From an uncultured Rhizobium sp. (GTDB lineage Bacteria; Bacteroidota; Bacteroidia; NS11-12g; UBA955), in assembly GCA_964408945.1 (NCBI GenBank), contig CAYPBJ010000003.1:58623-122622 (forward strand): a DNA stretch of 64,000 nt, read 5' to 3'. A program made the translations under genes and the position numbers. The first letter of the stretch is position 1; each line of letters begins with the position of its first letter. This document shows positions 1 to 9,445 of this stretch, in pieces. Under the pieces are notes generated by a model. That model worked only from the letters and a program-made list of their open reading frames with translations, did not search any database and was not told where the DNA came from.

Positions 1-296
1 GAAAAGCCATTGAAGCATATTACACGCTTTGGATAGAATTAATTTGGGGCAAAAAAAGAATTTTGGAAGTTTATTTAAACGTCATTGAGATGGGTCGAGG
101 TGCATTTGGAATTGATGAGGCAGCCCATTATTACTACAATAAAAGCGGCACTGAGCTGAGCAGAAAACAAAGCATTGCCATTATCTCCATGCTTCCTTGT
201 CCAAGAACTTGCGGAAAAAACCACCCACTTGCTCGCAGAAGACAATATCTCATCGATATTGCCATGAGAAAATATGGACTTTCCTTAAAATATTGA
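1..296 (+). CDS. mtgA: monofunctional biosynthetic peptidoglycan transglycosylase, C-terminal part (5' end lies outside the window)
   Basis: The frame is open from the window edge (…EAYYTLWIELIWGKKRILEVYLNVIEMGRGAFGIDEAAHYYY…). This is the conserved C-terminal motif block of GT51 transglycosylases of the MtgA type. Confidence 0.75.
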   Translation, partial: KAIEAYYTLWIELIWGKKRILEVYLNVIEMGRGAFGIDEAAHYYYNKSGTELSRKQSIAIISMLPCPRTCGKNHPLARRRQYLIDIAMRKYGLSLKY

Positions 297-358
297 CCTA
301 CTCGGTTGATTAACCAAAATTCAGAGTATATCAAGAGTTTTGATTAATTTTGCATAAT

Positions 359-919
359 ATGGCAACGACTCAAGATATTTCTGTTGGGAATTTTATTCGC
401 TTCAATGGAGAATTGGTTCAAATCATTGAATGGCAACACCGTACTCCAGGTAACTTGCGCGCATTCTATCAAGCTAAAATGCGTCGTGTTAAAGATGGCA
501 AATTAGCAGAAAATCGCTTCAGAAGCGGTGAATCTGTTGAAATAGTGCGTGTTGAAACCCATGAATTGCAATATTTATATGAAGAGGGCGATGCCTATGT
601 TTGCATGAATAATGAAACCTATGACCAAATTCCAGTGGCAAAACACCTGTTTGGCGAGGGAGCAAAATTCATGAAAGAGGGAGATACCGTGATGATCGCT
701 TTCGAAAGCGAAACTCCAATTTCTGCTGAACCACCAAACTATGCAATTTTAGAAATCACTTATACCGAGCCCGGTGTTAAAGGCGATACTGCAACCAATA
801 CTCTAAAACAAGCTACTGTAGAAGGTGGAGCTACAGTCATGGTTCCATTATTTGTAGATATCGGAGAAAAAATCAGAATCGATACACGCAACGGATCTTA
901 CATGGAACGAGTGAAATAA
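359..919 (+). CDS. efp: elongation factor P
   Basis: MATTQDISVGNFIRFNGELVQIIEWQHRTPGN… has the typical EF-P N-terminus and KOW/OB architecture over about 186 aa. The ORF track begins at an upstream TTG (350); the ATG at 359 is preferred. Confidence 0.9.
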   Translation: MATTQDISVGNFIRFNGELVQIIEWQHRTPGNLRAFYQAKMRRVKDGKLAENRFRSGESVEIVRVETHELQYLYEEGDAYVCMNNETYDQIPVAKHLFGEGAKFMKEGDTVMIAFESETPISAEPPNYAILEITYTEPGVKGDTATNTLKQATVEGGATVMVPLFVDIGEKIRIDTRNGSYMERVK

Positions 920-927
920 GTAGATTC

Positions 928-1821
928 ATGAAATTACTGTCCCCAGAAAAAGCGTTTCTCTCTCCTCCGGAAGAAGCTTTAACGCATCTAGAAAATTCCA
1001 AAATAGCCATACAACTGGTTCCGTACGAACACACCTCTAGCTATATTTCCGGTTCAAAATTAGGTCCTGAAGCCATTATCAATGCGAGCCACTTTGTAGA
1101 ATTCTACGATGAAGAATTAGACCGTGAAACATACAGAAACATAGGTTGTGCCACACTTGAACCTTTAGATTTTGGAAATAATGTTGATGAAGATGCCATG
1201 AAAATCATCGAAAATCAAACCGATGAGCTCCTCAATCTAAACAAGTTTGTAGTTTCTCTTGGTGCCGAACATACTGTAACGAATGGCTTTGTGCGATCGC
1301 ACCTTAAAAAATACCCTAATCTTTCGGTTATTCAAATTGATGCGCATTCTGATTTGCGTCAAGCCTATCAAGGAAATCCCTATTCACATGCCAGTGTGAT
1401 GGCCAGAATTCATGATATGAACGTCAATTTGGTACAAGTGGGTATTCGCGCTCAGTGTATAGAAGAAAGCAATCTGATCAAATCATCAGACAATATTCAT
1501 ACTTGGTATGCGCACATGTTGGATGATCAGGATCATTGGATTGATGCTTGCATTGACAAACTCAGCGATCACGTGTATGTAACCATTGATGCTGATGGTT
1601 TTGATCCTTCAGTTGCTCCCGCCGTTGGCACAGCCGAACCCGGCGGATTAACTTGGAAACAAGGAAATAAACTTCTCAAGCGCCTTTGCGAACGCAAAAA
1701 AATAGTTGGATTTGATATCGTTGAAATTGCCCCCCGTGAAATTGACCTCATTACAGAATTTACTATGGCGAAATTGTGTTACAAATTCTTGGGATACCTA
1801 GATACCAACAACCAAATTTAA
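928..1821 (+). CDS. arginase/agmatinase family ureohydrolase (agmatinase-like)
   Basis: Arginase-fold motifs are present: IQIDAHSDLRQ (DAHxD) and TIDADGFDPSVAPAVGTAEPGGLT (SxDxDxxDP). The first motif, SLGAEHTV, deviates from the canonical GGDHS. Length is about 297 aa. Confidence 0.7.
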   Translation: MKLLSPEKAFLSPPEEALTHLENSKIAIQLVPYEHTSSYISGSKLGPEAIINASHFVEFYDEELDRETYRNIGCATLEPLDFGNNVDEDAMKIIENQTDELLNLNKFVVSLGAEHTVTNGFVRSHLKKYPNLSVIQIDAHSDLRQAYQGNPYSHASVMARIHDMNVNLVQVGIRAQCIEESNLIKSSDNIHTWYAHMLDDQDHWIDACIDKLSDHVYVTIDADGFDPSVAPAVGTAEPGGLTWKQGNKLLKRLCERKKIVGFDIVEIAPREIDLITEFTMAKLCYKFLGYLDTNNQI

Positions 1822-1835
1822 CCCTTTATCAAAGC

Positions 1836-2972
1836 ATGAACGAAACACCCCGAATATACCTCGATAACGCCGCAACCACCCCAATTGATCCGGTAGTAGT
1901 TGATACTATGGTAGAAGTAATGAAAAATCATTACGGAAACCCAAGTTCAACCCATGGACATGGTAGAAAAGTGAAAACACTCGTGGAAGAAAGTCGAGGT
2001 AAAGTCGCTTCATTGTTGAATTGCAAACCGTCTGAAATATTTTTCACCTCGGGTGGAACCGAAGCTGATAACCTTGCCATACGTGGATCGGTTGCCAATT
2101 TAGGAATTGAAACCATCATTTCTTCACCCATTGAGCACCATGCTGTACTTCACACTGTAGAAGAATTAGCTCATCATGGTAAAGTGGAACTTAAAATGGT
2201 GAATGTTCTTCCTGACGGCCACATTGATATGGCACATCTGAATCAACTTCTTAGTGAATCAGGTAAGTCTTTGGTGAGTCTAATGCATGCCAATAACGAA
2301 ATTGGAAACCTCATAGATATCGAGGCAGTTGGTGAACTAGTGCATAAACATGGAGGTGTTTTTCATTGCGATACAGTTCAAACCATGGGTCAATACACCT
2401 TTGATCTCAGCAAAAATTATGTTGATTTCATTTGTGGTGCAGCCCATAAATTCAATGGCCCCAAAGGCATTGGCTTCATTTACATCAACAAATCAAATCA
2501 CATTTCCCCTTTGATAACAGGAGGTGCTCAAGAGCGCGAAATGCGCGGCGGAACCGAAAATGTTTATGGAATAGTAGGTTTAGCAAAAGCTCTAGAGCTT
2601 TCATATGCAGAGGTTGATGCTAAAAAAGAAAAATTACAAGGCTTAAAAAGACATATGATTCAACGTCTGAAATCTGAATTTCAAGACATTCAATTCAATG
2701 GAGATGCCGAAGGAAATTGCCTATATACAGTATTAAGCGTCTCATTTCCTCCTACTGAAACCGGAAATTTGCTTCTGTTTAATTTGGATTTAGTTGGAAT
2801 CTCATGTTCAGGTGGAAGTGCTTGTTCAAGCGGTGCTACTGGTGGAAGTCACGTAATAAACACCATACGTCCTAACAACAATAGAACCACCGTCAGATTC
2901 AGTTTTGGAAAGTTCAATACTATTGAAGACGTTGATGTTACCATTGAAAAGTTAAAAACTTGGTATAATTAA
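1836..2972 (+). CDS. cysteine desulfurase (class V aminotransferase, NifS/IscS-like)
   Basis: YLDNAATTP… near the N-terminus, an AHKFNGPKG PLP-lysine region and a CSGGSACSSG catalytic cysteine loop. The start was moved from the overlapping ORF start (1776) to the internal ATG at 1836. Confidence 0.85.
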   Translation: MNETPRIYLDNAATTPIDPVVVDTMVEVMKNHYGNPSSTHGHGRKVKTLVEESRGKVASLLNCKPSEIFFTSGGTEADNLAIRGSVANLGIETIISSPIEHHAVLHTVEELAHHGKVELKMVNVLPDGHIDMAHLNQLLSESGKSLVSLMHANNEIGNLIDIEAVGELVHKHGGVFHCDTVQTMGQYTFDLSKNYVDFICGAAHKFNGPKGIGFIYINKSNHISPLITGGAQEREMRGGTENVYGIVGLAKALELSYAEVDAKKEKLQGLKRHMIQRLKSEFQDIQFNGDAEGNCLYTVLSVSFPPTETGNLLLFNLDLVGISCSGGSACSSGATGGSHVINTIRPNNNRTTVRFSFGKFNTIEDVDVTIEKLKTWYN

Positions 2973-2973
2973 T

Positions 2974-3399
2974 ATGCCTTTGCTGTATATTACCCGAAAA
3001 GAGCATTTCAATGCCGCTCATCAACTGTGGAACACAAAAATCTCAGATGAAGACAATTTCATTCTTTTCGGTAAATGTGCCAATCCAAATTTCCATGGAC
3101 ATAATTTTGATTTATACGTTTGCGTAAAAGGCCAACCAGACCCAGAAACGGGTCTTGTAATGGACCTAAAAAAGTTAAAAATCATCATTAGAGAACAAGT
3201 TATTGATGATTTAGATCATCAAAATCTGAATTTAGATGTTCCTTGGCTTCAAGGCAAAATGCCCTCTATAGAGAATATAGCAGTGGCTATCTGGAATAGA
3301 ATTGCTCCTCACCTACCTGAAGGGGTTGCACTACACAAAATCACCCTTTGGGAAACACAAAATAATTTTGTGGAATACTTCGGCGATCAAGTTGTATAG
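2974..3399 (+). CDS. queD: 6-carboxy-5,6,7,8-tetrahydropterin synthase (6-pyruvoyl-tetrahydropterin synthase family)
   Basis: 141 aa. It has HFNAAHQL and the HGHNF (His/Zn) motif typical of the PTPS/QueD family. Confidence 0.85.
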   Translation: MPLLYITRKEHFNAAHQLWNTKISDEDNFILFGKCANPNFHGHNFDLYVCVKGQPDPETGLVMDLKKLKIIIREQVIDDLDHQNLNLDVPWLQGKMPSIENIAVAIWNRIAPHLPEGVALHKITLWETQNNFVEYFGDQVV

Positions 3400-3844
3400 C
3401 AACAATCGACAAAATATTCAAAGCCAAAATTAAAACTACCCAAAATATATGGGCATTTAATTCATAATTGAGACCATCTAAATTATTGTTTTTGAATGAA
3501 ATATATTGATACATCAACTTCAGTCCAAATAAAACTATGCAACCCGAAGATATTATCACTGAATATATCTGAAATTTGATGAATCGGAACATAAAAATAG
3601 CCGCGAACGATAAACCACCTGAGAAGATAAGCAGTAAAAAATTCCACCAATAATTTTCAAAGGCTAGCACTCCCGAACGACCCGAAATAGATTCTCCAAA
3701 ACTCGACCAAAAAAGAAATATTGCTTGGTATTCAGTGCCATCAATTACATAATCAAACTCAGCATAAATAGGATTAACTACCAATAGTAATCCACATAAA
3801 GCGAAAGAGATAAATAGAAATATGGTCTGAATTCGCTGTATCAT
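3341..3844 (-). CDS. DUF4293-like integral membrane protein
   Basis: 167 aa with 4-5 predicted TM helices. It has the N-terminal MIQRIQTIFLF motif typical of DUF4293. Its 3' end overlaps the convergent queD by 59 nt. Confidence 0.55.
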   Translation of the reverse strand: MIQRIQTIFLFISFALCGLLLVVNPIYAEFDYVIDGTEYQAIFLFWSSFGESISGRSGVLAFENYWWNFLLLIFSGGLSFAAIFMFRFIKFQIYSVIISSGCIVLFGLKLMYQYISFKNNNLDGLNYELNAHIFWVVLILALNILSIVAIQLDRRSIPQNYFVFPKG

Positions 3845-5026
3845 TTACCCTAAGTTATTGCATTTCAAAATAATTCGTATCACAGTTTTATCAAATGCAT
3901 GGCTTTCTTTTACGAAAATCTGGCCTTTGTGATAATCTTCTACAATTCGCTTTGCAAGTGATAATCCTAATCCCCAACCCCGTTTTTTTGTTGTGAAACC
4001 AGGCTTAAAAATATCTTTAGTTTGATTTCGGGGGATGCCTTTTCCGTTGTCAATAACATCAATAAAAGCCAAATTGTTCCTGTAATTTACTTCAACCCTT
4101 AACCTTCCTTTACCTTCCATTGCATCAACACTATTCTTTACCACGTTCTCAATTACCCAATTAAACAAATTTACATTGATGTTTACCATCACAGGCTTAG
4201 GATATAATTTCCATTGGAAATCTACTGAATTGCTGATTCGATTTGATAAATATTTCAACGAGGTTTCCAATACTAAATTAATATTGGCAATTTCCAAAAC
4301 GGGCGTAGAACCAATTTTTGAAAATCTCTCGGTAATAATTTGCAACCGATCAATATCTTTTTTCATTTCATCGGCAGCATTGTCTGGAATGATATCATTT
4401 TCTATGCATTCAACCCAACCCATTAAACTACTGATAGGTGTACCCAATTGATGTGCTGTTTCCTTTGCCAAACCCACCCAGACTTGATTTTGCTCACTTC
4501 TGGTTGAAAACGAAAACGCCGAATAACTCACAAAAACGAACAACGCAACAATAGCTAAAACCACATAGGGATAATATTCTAATTGTCTCAATACAGAGCT
4601 CTTTCCATAATATACCCGAAATACCGTGTTTTCATCAATGGGAATTAATATTGGATCATGTTCAGTAGCAAATTCAGCAATTTTCTCTCTTAATTGAGAT
4701 TCAGTTATTATTTGTTCCTTCTCCGATAAATTGATGTATTGGATGATTCTGTCAGATTCTGAAACTAAAATTGCTGGAATAGTTTCATTTGATTGTACGA
4801 TCTTTAAATGAAATCCTAAATCACCTTCACTGTTAGGGTCAGACAATACTCTTTCTGCATCTGCCCAAATTTCCATTTTCTTGGTTTCTTCTACAGCAAT
4901 CTTTTGAACCAATCTTTGCGACAAAAACAAGGTTAAAATACTAATCAATACTGCCAGTAAAAGGAGAATCACTTTAATAAAGCGACGCAACTCATAAGCA
5001 TTGATATTTTTAAACGTATTTATCAC
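3845..5026 (-). CDS. sensor histidine kinase (two-TM, periplasmic sensor; orphan, PorY-like architecture)
   Basis: N-terminal TM, a sensor domain of about 130 aa, a second TM, H-box HQLGTPISSL, and an HATPase_c domain with DNGKGIP and GWGLGLSLAKRIV G-boxes. No response regulator is adjacent. Confidence 0.85.
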   Translation of the reverse strand: MINTFKNINAYELRRFIKVILLLLAVLISILTLFLSQRLVQKIAVEETKKMEIWADAERVLSDPNSEGDLGFHLKIVQSNETIPAILVSESDRIIQYINLSEKEQIITESQLREKIAEFATEHDPILIPIDENTVFRVYYGKSSVLRQLEYYPYVVLAIVALFVFVSYSAFSFSTRSEQNQVWVGLAKETAHQLGTPISSLMGWVECIENDIIPDNAADEMKKDIDRLQIITERFSKIGSTPVLEIANINLVLETSLKYLSNRISNSVDFQWKLYPKPVMVNINVNLFNWVIENVVKNSVDAMEGKGRLRVEVNYRNNLAFIDVIDNGKGIPRNQTKDIFKPGFTTKKRGWGLGLSLAKRIVEDYHKGQIFVKESHAFDKTVIRIILKCNNLG

Positions 5027-6969
5027 TGATTCTTAAGATAATCCCAAAATATATCTAAATCTTGCCATACCTCATAATCTTTAGCATACAAGTGATTTAC
5101 ATCAGCCTCAAATTCTGAACCCGTCCAAACTCCAGCAGAACTTACCACTCCAGGTTTCAAAACAGGTAATTTTTCAGAACTAAGTTGTCCGTAATAACTT
5201 ACCCAAGTCATTTTACCTAAAAGCACTTTGGGTATGCAACCAAATACATATCTCCATCTTGAAGATCTAAACAACGGATATCCGAAAGCAATAATTGCCC
5301 TAAAAATCAACAAAACAGTTACTAAAACATCAAAAATTCGCTTCCTGCGAAGCATATGATATTCAGACAATTGATATTTTACCTCAAGAGTAAATAGTTC
5401 TCCAGGTTCATTCTTGGAATCCGACCCAATGATAAACTCACTACTTTCAGGAGCAATTTTAAGCTGAACCTGTTCTTTAGAAAAACAAGACATAGAGTCC
5501 ATAATTCTAGAAGCAGATACATCCTTTCCACTGAAAATGATAGAATTTGCTCGGTAAATCTCCACCAATTCATCTAATTGATTGAAGCTTCCCAAAAATC
5601 CAGACTGCCTTTCAGTATTGGGAGTAACGGCACCCAAATAAACATGCGGAACACCGCTCTTATTTAATAGGTCTGTAATGCGCCCAACTTCGTTGTCACC
5701 ACCAACTACAAGAATTCTTTTCTCTGATTTTTTGCCATGACTACCTTTCCATCCCAATAAATCAGCAAAAACACGAATCATCAACATACCTCCAACTGCC
5801 CAAGCTGAACCCAATCCCAAAATAGCCCTTGAAAATTGCCATTCCTTAGGATAAAATCCATAAATCGCGAACATCAAAATACTTCCAATCAATGCCCCTC
5901 GAAACAATCGGTATGGTTTGTAAGGACGATCATATCCGCCCGAAACATAAACGGCAACCATAGTAACCAAAGCATAAATTGGAATATGCGCTAGATAGTA
6001 ATCGTCTGGATAAAATCCACGTACAAATTTGTGATAAAGCTCCCAATATTTGGCTATACCATAAAAACCTAAGTAAATGATAATGAAATCAATAACTGGG
6101 AAAAGTACTTTAGAAATACTTTGAACAATTAAGGCCACAAAAGCCCTTAAATAGATGGCAACTTGTATCCAAAACGAAAACCAACCTGCCATCCGTTTTG
6201 AATAGTGCTTTTTTGCAAAAAGCACCATCGCGTTGTAAAACACTTTTACATAATTGACAGATTTCTTCTTGGTACTTTCACCCTTGTAATGAATGATAGT
6301 AGTATCAGCAAAATAAACATTCTTATACCCACCCAAAATGATTCTGTATGACAAATCAATGTCTTCCCCGTACATGAAGAATTGTTCATCTAAAAGCCCA
6401 ACTTTTTCGAGCATTTCACCTCTCATCATCATAAAAGCACCAGCCAAAATTTCCACTTCGTGGGTTTCAAATTCAGACAAATACTTCATGTGGTATCGAC
6501 CAAAATATTTAGATTTCGGAAACAACGAGGCCAAACCGGTCATCTTAAAAAATGCTACAGTAGGTGTTGGCAGTCCGCGCTTACTTTCTGGTAAAAATTG
6601 CCCTTTTCCGTCTATCATTCGAACTCCAAGTCCGCCCACTTTTGGGTTTGCATCTAAATATTCAATGCACTTCACGAAAGTATCTTCTTGAAGAACCGTA
6701 TCTGGGTTTAACAACAAAGAATATTTTGCATCACTCAGCCTCAGAGCCTGATTATTTGCCCGAGAAAAACCCACATTCTCATGATTTTCAATCAGTTTCA
6801 CCCAGGGAAACTTCTCCTTGACCATTTCAACGCTTCCGTCAACACTATTGTTATCAACCACCCATGTTTCTACAGTCAAGCCTTTTGAAGCAACCTCAAC
6901 ACTCAATAATACTTGTTCTAAGAAGTGCTTTACATTATAATTGACAATGACTACCGAAAGTTGATTCAT
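5023..6969 (-). CDS. glycosyltransferase family 2 fused to a membrane and sugar-transferase (WbaP/PGT-like) module that appears catalytically degenerate
   Basis: The N-terminal GT-A domain has VVIVNYN…VVDNNSVDGS…YGEDIDLSYR. A block of several TM helices follows, then a Rossmann-like segment (RILVVGGDNEVGR), then a Bac_transf-like tail (KRIFDVLVTVLL…IPKVLLGKMTWVS…YAKDYEVWQDLDIFWDYL). The tail lacks the roughly 60-aa KFRxM/Asp-Glu catalytic core. Confidence 0.7.
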   Translation of the reverse strand: MNQLSVVIVNYNVKHFLEQVLLSVEVASKGLTVETWVVDNNSVDGSVEMVKEKFPWVKLIENHENVGFSRANNQALRLSDAKYSLLLNPDTVLQEDTFVKCIEYLDANPKVGGLGVRMIDGKGQFLPESKRGLPTPTVAFFKMTGLASLFPKSKYFGRYHMKYLSEFETHEVEILAGAFMMMRGEMLEKVGLLDEQFFMYGEDIDLSYRIILGGYKNVYFADTTIIHYKGESTKKKSVNYVKVFYNAMVLFAKKHYSKRMAGWFSFWIQVAIYLRAFVALIVQSISKVLFPVIDFIIIYLGFYGIAKYWELYHKFVRGFYPDDYYLAHIPIYALVTMVAVYVSGGYDRPYKPYRLFRGALIGSILMFAIYGFYPKEWQFSRAILGLGSAWAVGGMLMIRVFADLLGWKGSHGKKSEKRILVVGGDNEVGRITDLLNKSGVPHVYLGAVTPNTERQSGFLGSFNQLDELVEIYRANSIIFSGKDVSASRIMDSMSCFSKEQVQLKIAPESSEFIIGSDSKNEPGELFTLEVKYQLSEYHMLRRKRIFDVLVTVLLIFRAIIAFGYPLFRSSRWRYVFGCIPKVLLGKMTWVSYYGQLSSEKLPVLKPGVVSSAGVWTGSEFEADVNHLYAKDYEVWQDLDIFWDYLKNQ

Positions 6970-6981
6970 ATTTACCAGAGA

Positions 6982-7593
6982 TTATACTGAATAATGAGTG
7001 CGTTGCAGTAAGCTCCTACCTAATGTAATTTCATCTACATATTCTAATTCTCCACCTACCGATATTCCACGAGCTATACTGCTCACCGGTACTTCAAATT
7101 CTTTCAATTTTTTAGCAATGTAGTACATTGTAGTATCACCTTCCACCGTTGCACTTAACGCCAAAATAACCTCAGATATTCCACCTTGGGTATTTGAAAT
7201 ACGTTCAAATAAAGATTGCAGATTTAAATCTGATGGCCCTACTCCGTCCATGGGAGAAATCAACCCACCTAAAACATGGTATTCTCCTTTAAATTGTGAA
7301 GTAGCTTCTATGGCCATCAAGTCACTAAAATCTTCCACTACACAGATTATTTCTTTTTGTCTCTGAGGATCAGAACAAATACTGCAATACTCAAAATCAC
7401 TGACCGTGCCGCAGTTTTTGCAAAACTTTAAATCTGTTTTTAGTCGCAAAATTCTATCTGATATGGATGCAACTTCTAACTCAGGTCTCTTTAACAAATA
7501 CATCACCATTCGCAAGGCAGTTCGCTTGCCAATTCCGGGAAATGAGGATAAAGCATCAACCGCTTTTTCAACAATATCGGATGTAAATTGCAT
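6982..7593 (-). CDS. recR: recombination protein RecR
   Basis: HhH motif (LSSFPGIGKRTALRM), C4 zinc finger (CKNCGTVSDFEYCSIC), Toprim domain; about 203 aa. Confidence 0.92.
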   Translation of the reverse strand: MQFTSDIVEKAVDALSSFPGIGKRTALRMVMYLLKRPELEVASISDRILRLKTDLKFCKNCGTVSDFEYCSICSDPQRQKEIICVVEDFSDLMAIEATSQFKGEYHVLGGLISPMDGVGPSDLNLQSLFERISNTQGGISEVILALSATVEGDTTMYYIAKKLKEFEVPVSSIARGISVGGELEYVDEITLGRSLLQRTHYSV

Positions 7594-7645
7594 TCGTGCG
7601 AATTTAAGTCAAACAAAAGGTTATTTGTAACTAACTTTGCGCCAA

Positions 7646-7993
7646 ATGTATATTGAAGTCCTACAAGCTAAAATACACAATGTTCGCCTGACCCAAACCG
7701 AACTAAATTATACTGGGAGCATTACCATTGACATGAATTTGGTTGATGCCGCAGGAATGTTACCCAATCAAAAAGTTTTGATTGTAAACAACAACAACGG
7801 CGAACGCTTTGAAACCTACATCATAGAAGGTGAAAGAGGAAGCGGCATTATTGGACTCAACGGTGCAGCCGCTAGAAAAGGTCAAGTGGGTGACGAACTC
7901 ATCATTATGACTTTTGTGTCAATGTCTATTGAAGAGGCAAAAAAACACCAACCTAACAACATCTTCCCTGATCGCAACAACCAATTGATCTAA
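7646..7993 (+). CDS. panD: aspartate 1-decarboxylase
   Basis: MYIEVLQAKIHNVRLTQTELNYTGSITID… The pyruvoyl-forming Gly-Ser lies within YTGSI. The ATG at 7646 was chosen over the upstream ATG at 7637. Confidence 0.88.
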   Translation: MYIEVLQAKIHNVRLTQTELNYTGSITIDMNLVDAAGMLPNQKVLIVNNNNGERFETYIIEGERGSGIIGLNGAAARKGQVGDELIIMTFVSMSIEEAKKHQPNNIFPDRNNQLI

Positions 7994-8973
7994 TGAAAAT
8001 TAGCAAACACCTGTTTACTCGAGCTTTAATGATCATTTTTGCCATTGGAGTTTTTGTATACATAGGTGTTGAAACTAATTGGGTCGAAACTTGGAAAGCC
8101 GTTAAATCTGCAAACTACTTCTATATCCTGCTGGCAATAATTCTTATGACAACCGCCCATTATTTGAGAGGTGCACGTTGGGATCAACTAAGCAGAGCCG
8201 CAGGATATCCCATCAATCATAGACGCGCTTTTTATTCAGTAATGTCTGGCTATTTAGTCAACGTTGCTACATCAAGAGGTGGTGAAGTGGTTCGTTGTGC
8301 GTTAACTGCAAAAAGCGAAAAAGCCCCAATCGAAACCTTGGTTGGAACCGTAATCACTGAACGAATCATTGACTTGGTGATCATGGTTTTTATGGCCACA
8401 TTGGCCTTGATGTTACAGTTTGATGTACTCTATCAATTCGCTGAACCTTATGTAATTAAGCCCTTGTTTAACAATGGTCCTTACATTATATCAGCCCTCA
8501 TTCTTATTGTGACTGTTCTTTATTTCTGGAGAAAATTCACCGCAAAAAAAGACAAAAAAGAAGGCGGTCTCATTCAAAAATTAGTGCACGGTATTAACAG
8601 CGCATTCGAACTCGAAAATAAAGCCAAATTTATTTCTTACTCATTTGCCATTTGGTTTGCCTATTGGGTATCTCTATATTTCCAATTACAGGCACTTGAA
8701 ATGACCCAGCACCTAACCTTGTTTAATGCACTTGCCATACTCATATTTTCTTCATTAGGAGTAATCATTCCCGTACCAGGCGGTGCCGGCGTTTGGTATT
8801 CCATCGCATACGGACTCACTCTCGTTTATGGACTTCCACAAGAATCAGCGAAAACTTTCGGTATTTTCACTGTGGCCTTTTCCAATATTTTCCACCTACT
8901 TGTGGGCGGTATTTCCTACGGATTGCTTTTCTTTGAAATGCAATCCAATGAAAAATCAGAATCCAGCATCTAA
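7993..8973 (+). CDS. flippase-like (lysylphosphatidylglycerol-synthase TM domain, UPF0104/TIGR00374-type) membrane protein
   Basis: 326 aa with about 8 TM helices. It has the YLRGARWDQL and GGEVVRC motifs characteristic of this family. Confidence 0.7.
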   Translation: MKISKHLFTRALMIIFAIGVFVYIGVETNWVETWKAVKSANYFYILLAIILMTTAHYLRGARWDQLSRAAGYPINHRRAFYSVMSGYLVNVATSRGGEVVRCALTAKSEKAPIETLVGTVITERIIDLVIMVFMATLALMLQFDVLYQFAEPYVIKPLFNNGPYIISALILIVTVLYFWRKFTAKKDKKEGGLIQKLVHGINSAFELENKAKFISYSFAIWFAYWVSLYFQLQALEMTQHLTLFNALAILIFSSLGVIIPVPGGAGVWYSIAYGLTLVYGLPQESAKTFGIFTVAFSNIFHLLVGGISYGLLFFEMQSNEKSESSI

Positions 8974-9445
8974 AATTTGGTCAAATGACCAAATTATCTC
9001 TAAAGTAAACGAAATCAAATCGCAAGGTAAATCCATCGTATTTACCAACGGATGTTTCGATATTATTCATGCTGGCCATGTAAAATACCTCGCCGAAACC
9101 GCCGAACTTGCTGACTTTCTAATTGTTGCTGTCAATTCTGATGAATCAGTCAAGCGCATGGAAAAATCTCCCGCCAGACCCCTGCAGAATGAATTTTCTC
9201 GTTCCCATGTTATGGCTTCTTTTGCTTTTGTAGATGCTGTAATCATTTTCAATGAAGACACTCCCAAAGAAGTCATAGAAATCATCACTCCCAACATCCT
9301 TGTTAAAGGAGGTGATTACACCCTAGAAAATATTGTTGGAGCACATTGGGTCATCCAAAACGGTGGGCAAGTAAAAACCATTGATTTCCTTCCCGGATAC
9401 TCTACCAGCGCCATTGAACAGAAAATTCTACACTCGCATAAATGA
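8948..9445 (+). CDS. nucleotidyltransferase of the cytidylyltransferase-like HxGH family (RfaE domain II / glycerol-3-phosphate cytidylyltransferase-like)
   Basis: VFTNGCFDIIHAGHVKYL (HxGH) and a C-terminal ISTS motif. About 166 aa from the internal ATG at 8948. The ORF-track start at 8783 would overlap the upstream gene by 190 nt. Confidence 0.75.
   Translation: MKNQNPASKIWSNDQIISKVNEIKSQGKSIVFTNGCFDIIHAGHVKYLAETAELADFLIVAVNSDESVKRMEKSPARPLQNEFSRSHVMASFAFVDAVIIFNEDTPKEVIEIITPNILVKGGDYTLENIVGAHWVIQNGGQVKTIDFLPGYSTSAIEQKILHSHK

Noticed and set aside
4176-4451. 91-aa plus-strand ORF within the histidine kinase gene.
   Set aside because: It is antisense to the conserved HATPase_c/HisKA region.
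6338-6821. Two plus-strand ORFs (6338..6691, 6564..6821) inside the GT2/PGT fusion gene.
   Set aside because: They are antisense to a well-supported GT2 domain and have no motifs or support.
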